From contig JAFSRR010000095.1 of NCBI GenBank assembly GCA_017446025.1, positions 14,081 to 78,080 of the forward strand: a DNA stretch of 64,000 nt, written 5' to 3'. The translations under genes and the position numbers were made by a program. The stretch is from Bacteroidales bacterium (GTDB taxonomy: Bacteria > Bacteroidota > Bacteroidia > Bacteroidales > UBA1402). The notes beneath the pieces were generated by a model. It searched no databases. It had not been told where the DNA came from and worked only from the letters and a program-made list of their open reading frames with translations. Of the stretch, positions 1 to 7,530 are shown piece after piece (position 1 is the first letter of the stretch; every line of letters starts with the position of its first letter).

Positions 1-215
1 AGCGCATAGCATCAGCAGCAAGAGGCCTTAAATTCTTTTCATAATCATTTTTATTTTTGCAATGATAAGCAGATAATCCTTGCATAGAAAATGATTTTAT
101 TATATTTATGTATTCTCTATTTATCTTAACACGATGGATTATAATTCATAAATAAACATACTTGGTTTATTACTACTTAATTATAATTTTCCCCGCACGC
201 CGCAAGATGATTTCC

Positions 216-240
216 CGACAAAAAGAAACCGCCCTGGAAT
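216..240. repeat. 25-bp direct repeat, copy A (cgacaaaaagaaaccgccctggaat)
   Basis: 24/25 identical to 964-988. Corresponds to the descending arm plus A/T tract of the terminator at 966-1002, but has no partner arm here. Confidence 0.85.
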
Positions 241-253
241 AAAAACGAAAAAA

Positions 254-907
254 CTATTTGAACAGTATCTTCTTCCCTCGCCTGATCACAATTCCCCGGA
301 AATCTTCCGTAACCGGTCGGCCGTTCAAATCATAAGGTTGACCGACAGACGACCCGGATTCTTCCGTTTGATTAAGCCGTGCTGCATTGTTTTCGTTCGG
401 GATAAAGACTGAAGATTGTTTGGGTAGTATGATGGCTTGGCGCTTGCGGAGAGCATCAAGAACATCATTCCCATACTGCCATTCATCAGCCCATTTTACC
501 CAAGGCATGATGTGAACATACACGCTATCCTTTTCATCAACAAAAAAGTATTTGAATTCAAAAGGAATTCGGACAGGGGAACGTCCCCATCTTTCACCCA
601 AATGGGTATAGCCTTCTGCTTTCTGGTTTTGAATACTTGTATCAAGGAAATCAGCCAAATTAAAGGAAAGCATAGAATCATTGTTGTTTGTAACAACGAA
701 GTATCCCTGAAAATAAGAGGAATCCGTATTATACACCACTCCCCCGTTTTCATCCATTGCTTTACACCTTATAGTAGCAAATATCTCGCCTGTCGAATAA
801 CTTGTTGTATCGTTGATAGAGGATCTTCTTCTCTCATTCAAAGAAGAAGGATACGCTGATATAACTACCAATACAAAAAGAATGATGTGAAAACCTTTTT
901 TAGCCAT
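254..907 (-). CDS. hypothetical secreted protein (orphan, AT-rich gene)
   Basis: 217-aa ORF with a hydrophobic N-terminal signal-like segment (FHIILFVLVVISAYP) and a canonical promoter at 921-951. The C-terminal tail YDLNGRPVTEDFRGIVIRRGKKILFK resembles the last strands of T9SS sorting domains. No catalytic motif recognised. Confidence 0.6.
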   Translation of the reverse strand: MAKKGFHIILFVLVVISAYPSSLNERRRSSINDTTSYSTGEIFATIRCKAMDENGGVVYNTDSSYFQGYFVVTNNNDSMLSFNLADFLDTSIQNQKAEGYTHLGERWGRSPVRIPFEFKYFFVDEKDSVYVHIMPWVKWADEWQYGNDVLDALRKRQAIILPKQSSVFIPNENNAARLNQTEESGSSVGQPYDLNGRPVTEDFRGIVIRRGKKILFK

Positions 908-920
908 ATCCTGTTTTTGC

Positions 921-951
921 CAAAGATAAACATAATTTGTAATATTACAAA
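921..951 (-). promoter_or_regulatory. Bacteroidota sigma-A type promoter (TTTG-N19-TATCTTTG)
   Basis: On the minus strand, TTTG lies at 948-951 and TATCTTTG at 921-928, with a 19-nt spacer. It sits 14 nt upstream of the ATG at 907. The -33 element lies inside a 16-nt perfect palindrome (936-951). Confidence 0.6.
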
Positions 952-963
952 GACGTCACTCCA

Positions 964-988
964 CGATAAAAAGAAACCGCCCTGGAAT
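964..988. repeat. 25-bp direct repeat, copy B (cgataaaaagaaaccgccctggaat)
   Basis: 24/25 identical to 216-240. Forms part of the intact terminator hairpin. Confidence 0.85.
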
Positions 989-1002
989 CACTTCCCGGGC
1001 GG
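966..1002 (-). terminator. rho-independent terminator of the ECF/DUF4252 operon
   Basis: Arms 977-987 and 992-1002 pair at 10 of 11 positions around a 4-nt loop, followed on the minus strand by TTTCTTTTTAT. Confidence 0.75.
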
Positions 1003-1066
1003 CCCTTTTAAGTCAAAGACTTAACTCTGATTATTCTATAATGGTTTATGAAGAGATTGGCGTTGT

Positions 1067-1585
1067 CTATTGACGACCTACCATGACGCTGTCACGCGGA
1101 TCGCCGTGCATTTTGTCCATGCCGTTGATGTTGAACTGTGACAGGCGCGAGATCTTGTTGACATCGATGTCGCCGGTGATGTTCACCACCAGGTTCTCGC
1201 TGCGCCCGTACGACACCATCAGGAACTCGGTGGTCTTCTTGTTCTTTTCGATGTTGAAAAACTTGGTTTGCTGTCCGCTCTCGTTGATGGTCGAGATGAG
1301 CTGGTAGGGAGCCTTGTCGATCATTTTGTCCATGGCTTCCACAAAATCCTTGTCGTAGAAATGGCAGACCACGATGCGAATGCCGCTGATGTTGCCGATC
1401 AGGCCCGACATTTCCTCGTCTTCTTCCACAAAGTTGAGCATCATCCTGAGCATGCCCGGGGTGATATCGACGGTGGTAAAACCGTCCTTGCCCGAGTATC
1501 GCTCGAAGAAATTCATGAAACTCTTTTGCTGGGCCGCCATCATCAGAGGCAGGGCCACCAGCAGGGAAAACATTATCTTTTTCAT
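1067..1585 (-). CDS. DUF4252 domain-containing protein
   Basis: 172 aa with a signal peptide. The FERYSGKDGFTTVDITPGMLRMM and FLMVSYG segments are typical of DUF4252 proteins that follow ECF sigma modules in Bacteroidales (family recall). Confidence 0.7.
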   Translation of the reverse strand: MKKIMFSLLVALPLMMAAQQKSFMNFFERYSGKDGFTTVDITPGMLRMMLNFVEEDEEMSGLIGNISGIRIVVCHFYDKDFVEAMDKMIDKAPYQLISTINESGQQTKFFNIEKNKKTTEFLMVSYGRSENLVVNITGDIDVNKISRLSQFNINGMDKMHGDPRDSVMVGRQ

Positions 1586-1615
1586 GATTGTCTGTTTTAG
1601 TCGTTCACAATCTGA

Positions 1616-2449
1616 TTAAAGGCCTATACCGAGCCCGATGGTCAGCACGCTGCCCTGAGGGCCTTTGTCCGGTTTGAACATATTGCTCAGATAATAGTTG
1701 CAATAGACACAGATGCCGTCGTAGCCGATCTTGCCCAACAAACCGTACTGGAGGGGATCGGTATATTTCAAGTCGGTATATTGCTTGGGAGGAGCTGTCT
1801 TGGTATAGCTTCTCAGGTCCCATTCGCCGAAACCGCCGGCCGAGACAAAAATCTTGCCCATGTTGATATCCAGTGTCAAGGGGACTCTAAAACCGAAGTT
1901 CCTCATTTTCGATTTCTGGGGATCGCCGCCTATGGCATAGGGGGCGATACGGCCCGTCTCCTCGCCGATACAGGTGGTCTTGTCGGAGAAGACATAGTTG
2001 TTCCAATACAGGCCCAGGCCCGTGGACAGGCCGGCAATCCCATAGCGATCGAAACCGTAGCCGGCTGTGAAGAGGTTCAATCCGAACTGGATGGACCGAC
2101 CCGGAGTCATGTCCATGAAATCGGAGGTGCGGGTGGGATAGTCGCTGTAGTCCACATCACGCATCTGGCTGAATCCCAATTCAAAGACAGCGATCTTGTT
2201 GCGGTAGGGTTTCTTTTCGGCGGCTTTCTTCTGTTCGGAAGATTTTCCGGCCTGCTCACGATTGGAAATCCCCAGTTCAAAACCGGCGATTGAGAGCGAC
2301 AGACCCGATTTGTCTTCGTTGGGCTTGATGCTGACGATATCCCGGGCAGCCGATACACGTTCTGCTTCGTTCTCGTCCGGGGAAGGAGCGGCCACAAGCA
2401 TCGTGACAGAACCGAGCATCAAGGAAAGGATGGTGTAAAACTTCTTCAT
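1616..2449 (-). CDS. putative outer-membrane beta-barrel protein
   Basis: 277 aa with a signal peptide (MKKFYTILSLMLGSVTMLVA). The C-terminal two-thirds are Gly/Tyr/aromatic-rich in an alternating pattern. Operonic with the ECF sigma factor. Confidence 0.55.
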   Translation of the reverse strand: MKKFYTILSLMLGSVTMLVAAPSPDENEAERVSAARDIVSIKPNEDKSGLSLSIAGFELGISNREQAGKSSEQKKAAEKKPYRNKIAVFELGFSQMRDVDYSDYPTRTSDFMDMTPGRSIQFGLNLFTAGYGFDRYGIAGLSTGLGLYWNNYVFSDKTTCIGEETGRIAPYAIGGDPQKSKMRNFGFRVPLTLDINMGKIFVSAGGFGEWDLRSYTKTAPPKQYTDLKYTDPLQYGLLGKIGYDGICVYCNYYLSNMFKPDKGPQGSVLTIGLGIGL

Positions 2450-2470
2450 AAATATCTTGTTTTTAACCGA

Positions 2471-3028
2471 TTATTTCATATTGGTCAGGGCGGCGGAAAC
2501 TCTTTCCATGGGGCCGTCGAAAGAGGAAAGATAGCCGGCCGACTTGTTCATCTGCATCCCCATCGACCGCAGCACCTCCTCGCTCTGACGCACAGCCACG
2601 TTGGCATCGGTCACCGGCTGGCCGTTGATATATCCATAGACAGGGTCGCCCGTCGTAGGGGCAATCCGTGCAGTTGCTTCGATAGTCCCCGAGGAGCCTT
2701 TGTCCTGACGCAATGCCAGCGTCGAACCGATGAAAATGCCCAGCACTGCCACGGCAGCTACCGAGGCCACCTGACGCCACAGGCTGCGGCGAAGGGCCTC
2801 CATGCGTACACGCGGCATCAAGGCAATGTCCTCGACAGGGGCCTCTTCCCGGGCCATGCGGACAAAGCAGCCCAACATGGCCTTGACCGACTGCTGCTCG
2901 GGGGTAAGGGCGCTGTCGGGCAGACTGGCCAGAAGCTCCCTGAGGCGGGTTTCCTCCTCCAGCGTCGATTCGCCTTCCAGATAAAGGCTGGTCAGTCTTT
3001 CCAGTTCTTGCATGTTATCGTAAGCCAT
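2471..3028 (-). CDS. putative anti-sigma factor (single-pass membrane protein)
   Basis: 185 aa. Overlaps the sigma-factor stop by 14 nt. Has a central TM segment (VASVAAVAVLGIFIGSTLAL) and an acidic N-terminal cytoplasmic part. Confidence 0.6.
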   Translation of the reverse strand: MAYDNMQELERLTSLYLEGESTLEEETRLRELLASLPDSALTPEQQSVKAMLGCFVRMAREEAPVEDIALMPRVRMEALRRSLWRQVASVAAVAVLGIFIGSTLALRQDKGSSGTIEATARIAPTTGDPVYGYINGQPVTDANVAVRQSEEVLRSMGMQMNKSAGYLSSFDGPMERVSAALTNMK

Positions 3029-3524
3029 AGTTCATTATGTTGATTACTTTCTCTCTGACTGTTTTTCTGGCCCGCGAAAGGGTGACCCGGACCGTGGCGG
3101 GATCGTCGCCGACGATGGCTGCGATTTCGTCCATCTCATAACCCTCCACATCGCGCAGATGTATCACCGTCCGGGGTTTCTCGGGCAGTTGGGCAATGAC
3201 TCGTTTCACGACTGCATCCATGTCTTTCAGATCTTCCTGTTGTCCGGGGCCTTCCTCGGTTCTATGATTGAAAACTTCTTCCAACTTGTCTTCGTGAAGA
3301 CGATGGGCCCGCAGCTGGTCCAGGCAGAGGTTGCGTACCATTCTCATGGCATAGGCCTCCCGGTTGTCCAGCGAGTCGAGCTTTTCACGCAGTGTCCAGA
3401 GCTTTCCGTAGGTATCCTGCAGTATGTCCTCGGCATCCATCCGGTTGCCCAGGATGGCCAATGCGCAGCGATACAGTTTGTCCTTGAGGGGGACAATTTC
3501 CCGGTTAAACTCCTGATACGTCAT
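3015..3524 (-). CDS. RNA polymerase ECF-type sigma-70 factor
   Basis: Region 2 (DAEDILQDTYGKLW) and region 4 (VIHLRDVEGYEMDEIAAIVG..ATVRVTLSRARK) motifs are present. The start was chosen at MTYQEF; an alternative ATG is at 3557. Confidence 0.9.
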   Translation of the reverse strand: MTYQEFNREIVPLKDKLYRCALAILGNRMDAEDILQDTYGKLWTLREKLDSLDNREAYAMRMVRNLCLDQLRAHRLHEDKLEEVFNHRTEEGPGQQEDLKDMDAVVKRVIAQLPEKPRTVIHLRDVEGYEMDEIAAIVGDDPATVRVTLSRARKTVREKVINIMNYGLR

Positions 3525-3652
3525 GCTCTCGTCTTCATTACCATTACCCGGCCCCATTCACCGATACGGCCGGTATCTTTTGTCCAGACATTATAATAAC
3601 GGGCAGATGGAAGAATTCGTTACAGCCCGGTTCGAAAAAAAAAGAAAAGATA

Positions 3653-5164
3653 TTATTTGACACGGACGACAATGCGTTCGGGCGCACTTTCGCGATGCAG
3701 GCGGTTGACACTCGTCACCAGATAGACCCACTGTCCCTTGTAAGGATGGGAGGGCAACACAAAGAGAGGATCGCGGCTCAGACCCACAATATGGGCCGGG
3801 TCGTCCAGGTTTTCGTCTTCACCTTTGTAAAAGCGGTATATGACGTAATAGGCAGCGATGTTGGAGGCATCGGAGGTCTTGACCCGGTTCCACGTCAGGT
3901 GGGCACCCAGCACATAGTCCTGCCGCACATCCAGGGCAAAGACCGGCTCGGGGGTCTTGTCCAAGTCTGCCTTGTCGGCCGGAACCAGTGCCGGATAGCG
4001 GTGCCAACGCTGCTTGAGTTGCGAGAGGATATGACCGTTGTCGGCCTCCAGTTCATAGACGGGGAAATAGCAATTGCCCTGGAAGTTGCCGTTGGCACGC
4101 TCCAGTTGCAGCTTGGCGTCCAACTGGGAGGCCTTCATGGTGCGGTCCACATCCTGACCGATATAGAGGGCCGACCGATAGCGATGGGCACCCCACCAGT
4201 CCACCAAAGTGGCATAGTCGGCCCGGTCGTGGCCGATCTCCCAATAGAGCTGGGGCACACAATAGTCGATCCAGCCTTCCTTCATCCATAACAGGGCATC
4301 GGCATAGAGATCGTCGTAGTTGCTCAGGCCGTTGGTCTGGCTGCCGTCGGGGTCCTGCTTTTGGTTGCGATGGATACCGAAGGGACTGATGCCGAAGCGG
4401 ACCCAGGGCTTTTCTTCCCGGATCAGTTCGTGCAGGCTGAACACCAGCCGGTTCACATTGTCGCGCCGCCAGTCGGCCTTCTGGTCGCGAGTGAAGCCCT
4501 GGGAAGCGGCATATTTGGCAAAACTGGCCTCATCGGGGAATTGCTCTCCCACTACGGGATAGGGATAGAAATAATCGTCGAGATGAATGCCGTCGATGTC
4601 GTAGTTGGCCACTATTTCCTTGACCACCTTGAGGATATGGTTGCGACTCTCGGGCAGGCCGGGATCCAGCCACAGGCTGCGGCCGTAGCGGACCATCATC
4701 TGACGGTGCTTGCGCACGAAGGGGTCCTTGAAATCTTCGTCCTTGACGGTCATCCTGACACGATAGGGATTGATCCAGGCATGGATGTCCATTCCTCGCT
4801 CGTGGCAGGCCTCCACCATGAAAGAGAGCGGGTCCCAGCCGGGATTCCGGCCGCTCTTGCCGGTGATGAAGCTACTCCAGGGCTCGTAGGACGATTTGTA
4901 CCAGGCATCCGACTGGGGACGCACCTGAAAGAGCACCACATTGAAGCCTGCCTGCTGCAAGGTGTCGAGCAGCCGGTTGAAATAGGCCTGCATCTCCGCT
5001 TTCGACATGGCGGCGTAGCGCGTTTGGTGGATGGTGTTGATCCATACGCCCCGGAACTCATGCTTGGGGGCGGCGGGGGTCTGGCACAAGACGGTCAGCG
5101 GAAGCCACAGCAGCAGGGCTGCCAGCAAAAAAGAGCGGAAACGGGGAGCAGCTGACATAGGCAT
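3653..5164 (-). CDS. glycoside hydrolase-like family 10 (GHL10/YngK-like) protein
   Basis: FRGVWI..FNVVLFQVRP..DAWY..HERGMDIHAWINPYR..IDGIHLDDYFYP motifs. The start was set at MPMSAAPRFRSFLLAALLLWLPL (signal peptide, ATG 5164), because the longer ORF would overlap rnz. Confidence 0.8.
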   Translation of the reverse strand: MPMSAAPRFRSFLLAALLLWLPLTVLCQTPAAPKHEFRGVWINTIHQTRYAAMSKAEMQAYFNRLLDTLQQAGFNVVLFQVRPQSDAWYKSSYEPWSSFITGKSGRNPGWDPLSFMVEACHERGMDIHAWINPYRVRMTVKDEDFKDPFVRKHRQMMVRYGRSLWLDPGLPESRNHILKVVKEIVANYDIDGIHLDDYFYPYPVVGEQFPDEASFAKYAASQGFTRDQKADWRRDNVNRLVFSLHELIREEKPWVRFGISPFGIHRNQKQDPDGSQTNGLSNYDDLYADALLWMKEGWIDYCVPQLYWEIGHDRADYATLVDWWGAHRYRSALYIGQDVDRTMKASQLDAKLQLERANGNFQGNCYFPVYELEADNGHILSQLKQRWHRYPALVPADKADLDKTPEPVFALDVRQDYVLGAHLTWNRVKTSDASNIAAYYVIYRFYKGEDENLDDPAHIVGLSRDPLFVLPSHPYKGQWVYLVTSVNRLHRESAPERIVVRVK

Positions 5165-5171
5165 ATCGCTA

Positions 5172-6086
5172 TCAAACTTCGACGACCATCCCTTCGTCGG
5201 CCAGCCAGGTTTCGGGAAAGACGGCCCGGGCCTGGCCAAGCAAAAGGTTCTCGTCGGGGTAACGGGCCGAATAGTGTCCGATGAGCATGCGCCCCACTCC
5301 GGCCTGGGCAGCAATGCGGCCGGCCTGGGCAGCGGTGGAATGCTGGGTGGTGGCAGCCCATTCCTCTTCGCTTTGGGCAAAAGTAGCCTCGTGATAGAGC
5401 AGGTCCACGCCTTTGATCAGAGGGATCAACGCTTCGTTGTAGCCCGTATCCGAACAATAGGCATAGCTGCGGGGCGCGGCGGCCGGACGGGTCAGCCGGG
5501 CATTGGGCACCACCTCACCCGAAGGAGTCACATAGTCGGCCCCTGCCTTGATGGCCGGAATCTCGCGCAGAGGAATCTCATAGAAGGCAATCATATCCTT
5601 GAGGATATGCGCCTGGGGAGGACGTTCCTTGAACAGAAAGCCCGTCGAAGGCACCCGGTGGATCAGCGGCAAGGTATAGACCTGCAGGCTGCGGTCTTCG
5701 TAGATGAGCTCATGGGCATTGGGCGCGAAGGGTTGGAAAACCACCTCGAAACCCAGTTCACGGCAAAAATAGTCGAGCTGCGGGCGCATCAGTTTTTCCA
5801 GGTCCGGATGGGCATGGATGCGCAAGGGCGCCGTGCGGCCGAGCAGACTCAGCGTCGAAATCAGGCCGGGCAGCCCGAAACAGTGGTCGCCGTGCAGATG
5901 GGAGATGAAGATGTCGGATATCTTGTTGAAGTTGAGGTGCGTACGACGAAACTGCAACTGAGCGCCCTCGCCGCAGTCGATCAGGAACAGCTTGCCCGAC
6001 AGCTCCAGCACCTGGGCCGAGAGCGAATGCCGGGTGGTCGGAAGAGCCGAGCCGCATCCCAGAATATGCACCTTCATCGTTTCCAT
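5172..6086 (-). CDS. rnz: ribonuclease Z
   Basis: 304 aa. Metallo-beta-lactamase HxHxDH motif (SHLHGDHCFGLPGL) and an N-terminal ILGCGSALPT segment. Confidence 0.9.
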   Translation of the reverse strand: METMKVHILGCGSALPTTRHSLSAQVLELSGKLFLIDCGEGAQLQFRRTHLNFNKISDIFISHLHGDHCFGLPGLISTLSLLGRTAPLRIHAHPDLEKLMRPQLDYFCRELGFEVVFQPFAPNAHELIYEDRSLQVYTLPLIHRVPSTGFLFKERPPQAHILKDMIAFYEIPLREIPAIKAGADYVTPSGEVVPNARLTRPAAAPRSYAYCSDTGYNEALIPLIKGVDLLYHEATFAQSEEEWAATTQHSTAAQAGRIAAQAGVGRMLIGHYSARYPDENLLLGQARAVFPETWLADEGMVVEV

Positions 6087-6120
6087 CTCTATTCGAAAAA
6101 AGGGCGCTCAGGCCCTTTTT

Positions 6121-7524
6121 TTAAAACTCTGCATTACGCGGCGTACGCGGGAAGGGAATGACGTCGCGGATGTTGGACATACCCGTCACGAAGAGTAACA
6201 GGCGTTCGAATCCCAGACCGAAGCCGGCGTGAGGGCAGGTGCCGTAGCGGCGGGTGTCCAGGTACCACCACATATCCTTCATGGGGATATGCAGTTCCTC
6301 GATGCGGGCCATCAGCTTGTCGTAGTTTTCTTCACGCACACTGCCGCCGATGATCTCGCCGATCTGCGGGAAGAGCACGTCAGTGCCCTGGACCGTCCGG
6401 CCGTCGGCATTCTGCTTCATGTAGAAGGCCTTGATCTCCTTGGGATAGTCGATCATGATGACCGGCTTTTTGAAGTGTTCCTCGACCAGGTAGCGTTCGT
6501 GTTCCGAAGCCAGGTCGCATCCCCAATAGACCGGGAATTCAAACTTCCTGCCTGCGGCGATGGCCTGTTCCAGAATCTTAATGCCTTCGGTATAGGGCAG
6601 GCGGACAAACTCGGTATCGACCACGCTTTCCAGCCGGGCGATGAGCCCGTTGTCGATCATCTTGTTGAGGAATTCCAGATCGTCGCGGCAGTTGTCCAAA
6701 GCCCAGCGGACGCAATACTTGATAAAATCCTCCTCCAGGGCGGTCAGTTCGTCCAGGTCGGCAAAAGCCACTTCGGGTTCGATCATCCAGAACTCGGCCA
6801 GATGGCGCGGCGTGTTGGAGTTCTCGGCACGGAAGGTGGGGCCGAAAGTATAGATCTGTCCCAGGGCCGTGGCGGCCAGCTCGCCTTCGAGCTGTCCGGA
6901 GACCGTCAGGCTGGCCTGCTTGCCGAAGAAGTCGCTGTCGTAGATGATGGACCCCTTCTCGTCCTTCTTCAGGTCGTAGAGGTTCATCGTGGTCACCTGG
7001 AACATCTGTCCGGCCCCTTCGCAGTCGGAAGCCGTGATGATGGGGGTATGGAAATAATAGAAACCCTTCTGGTGGAAATAGGTGTGGATGGCCATCGCCA
7101 TGTTGTGACGGATGCGGAACACGGCACCGAAGGTGTTGGTGCGCGGACGCAGGTGGGCGATGCTGCGCAGGAATTCCATCGAGCTGCCTTTCTTCTGCAG
7201 CGGATAGCTGTTGTCGCAAGCGCCCAGCACTTCGATGTCCGTGGCCTGAATCTCGATGGCCTGGCCCGAACCCTGGGAGGCGGTGAGCACTCCGTTGACA
7301 CTCAGGCAGGCGCCCGTGGTGACATCCTTCAGGGCAGCCTCGTCAAATTTGGTCAGATCGACCACAATCTGCACGTTGTTGATGGTCGAGCCGTCGTTCA
7401 GTGCGATAAAGCCGACCTGCTTGTTGCCGCGGCGCGTGCGCACCCAGCCCTTCACATTGACCAGGGTGCCGAAATCGGTGCGTTTGAGCACCTCGGCTAT
7501 TTTGGTTCTCTTGATACTTTCCAT
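6121..7524 (-). CDS. asnS: asparagine--tRNA ligase
   Basis: 467 aa. Class II aaRS motifs ([13 protein letters not shown]) with an N-terminal OB fold. Typical AsnRS length and end (PRTPRNAEF). Confidence 0.95.
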   Translation of the reverse strand: MESIKRTKIAEVLKRTDFGTLVNVKGWVRTRRGNKQVGFIALNDGSTINNVQIVVDLTKFDEAALKDVTTGACLSVNGVLTASQGSGQAIEIQATDIEVLGACDNSYPLQKKGSSMEFLRSIAHLRPRTNTFGAVFRIRHNMAMAIHTYFHQKGFYYFHTPIITASDCEGAGQMFQVTTMNLYDLKKDEKGSIIYDSDFFGKQASLTVSGQLEGELAATALGQIYTFGPTFRAENSNTPRHLAEFWMIEPEVAFADLDELTALEEDFIKYCVRWALDNCRDDLEFLNKMIDNGLIARLESVVDTEFVRLPYTEGIKILEQAIAAGRKFEFPVYWGCDLASEHERYLVEEHFKKPVIMIDYPKEIKAFYMKQNADGRTVQGTDVLFPQIGEIIGGSVREENYDKLMARIEELHIPMKDMWWYLDTRRYGTCPHAGFGLGFERLLLFVTGMSNIRDVIPFPRTPRNAEF

Positions 7525-7530
7525 AGTGGT

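Noticed and set aside
437-859. 140-aa plus-strand ORF and 85-aa minus-strand ORF nested within the 254-907 gene
   Set aside because: They are contained in or antisense to the longer ORF, which has a signal sequence and a consensus promoter. Neither has a start context of its own.
5165-5380. 72-codon 5' extension of the GHL10 ORF (MPKAKRNGLPPPS..) overlapping the rnz 3' end
   Set aside because: The extension is Pro/Arg-rich and has no signal function. The internal ATG at 5164 is immediately followed by a typical signal peptide and leaves a 7-nt gap to rnz.
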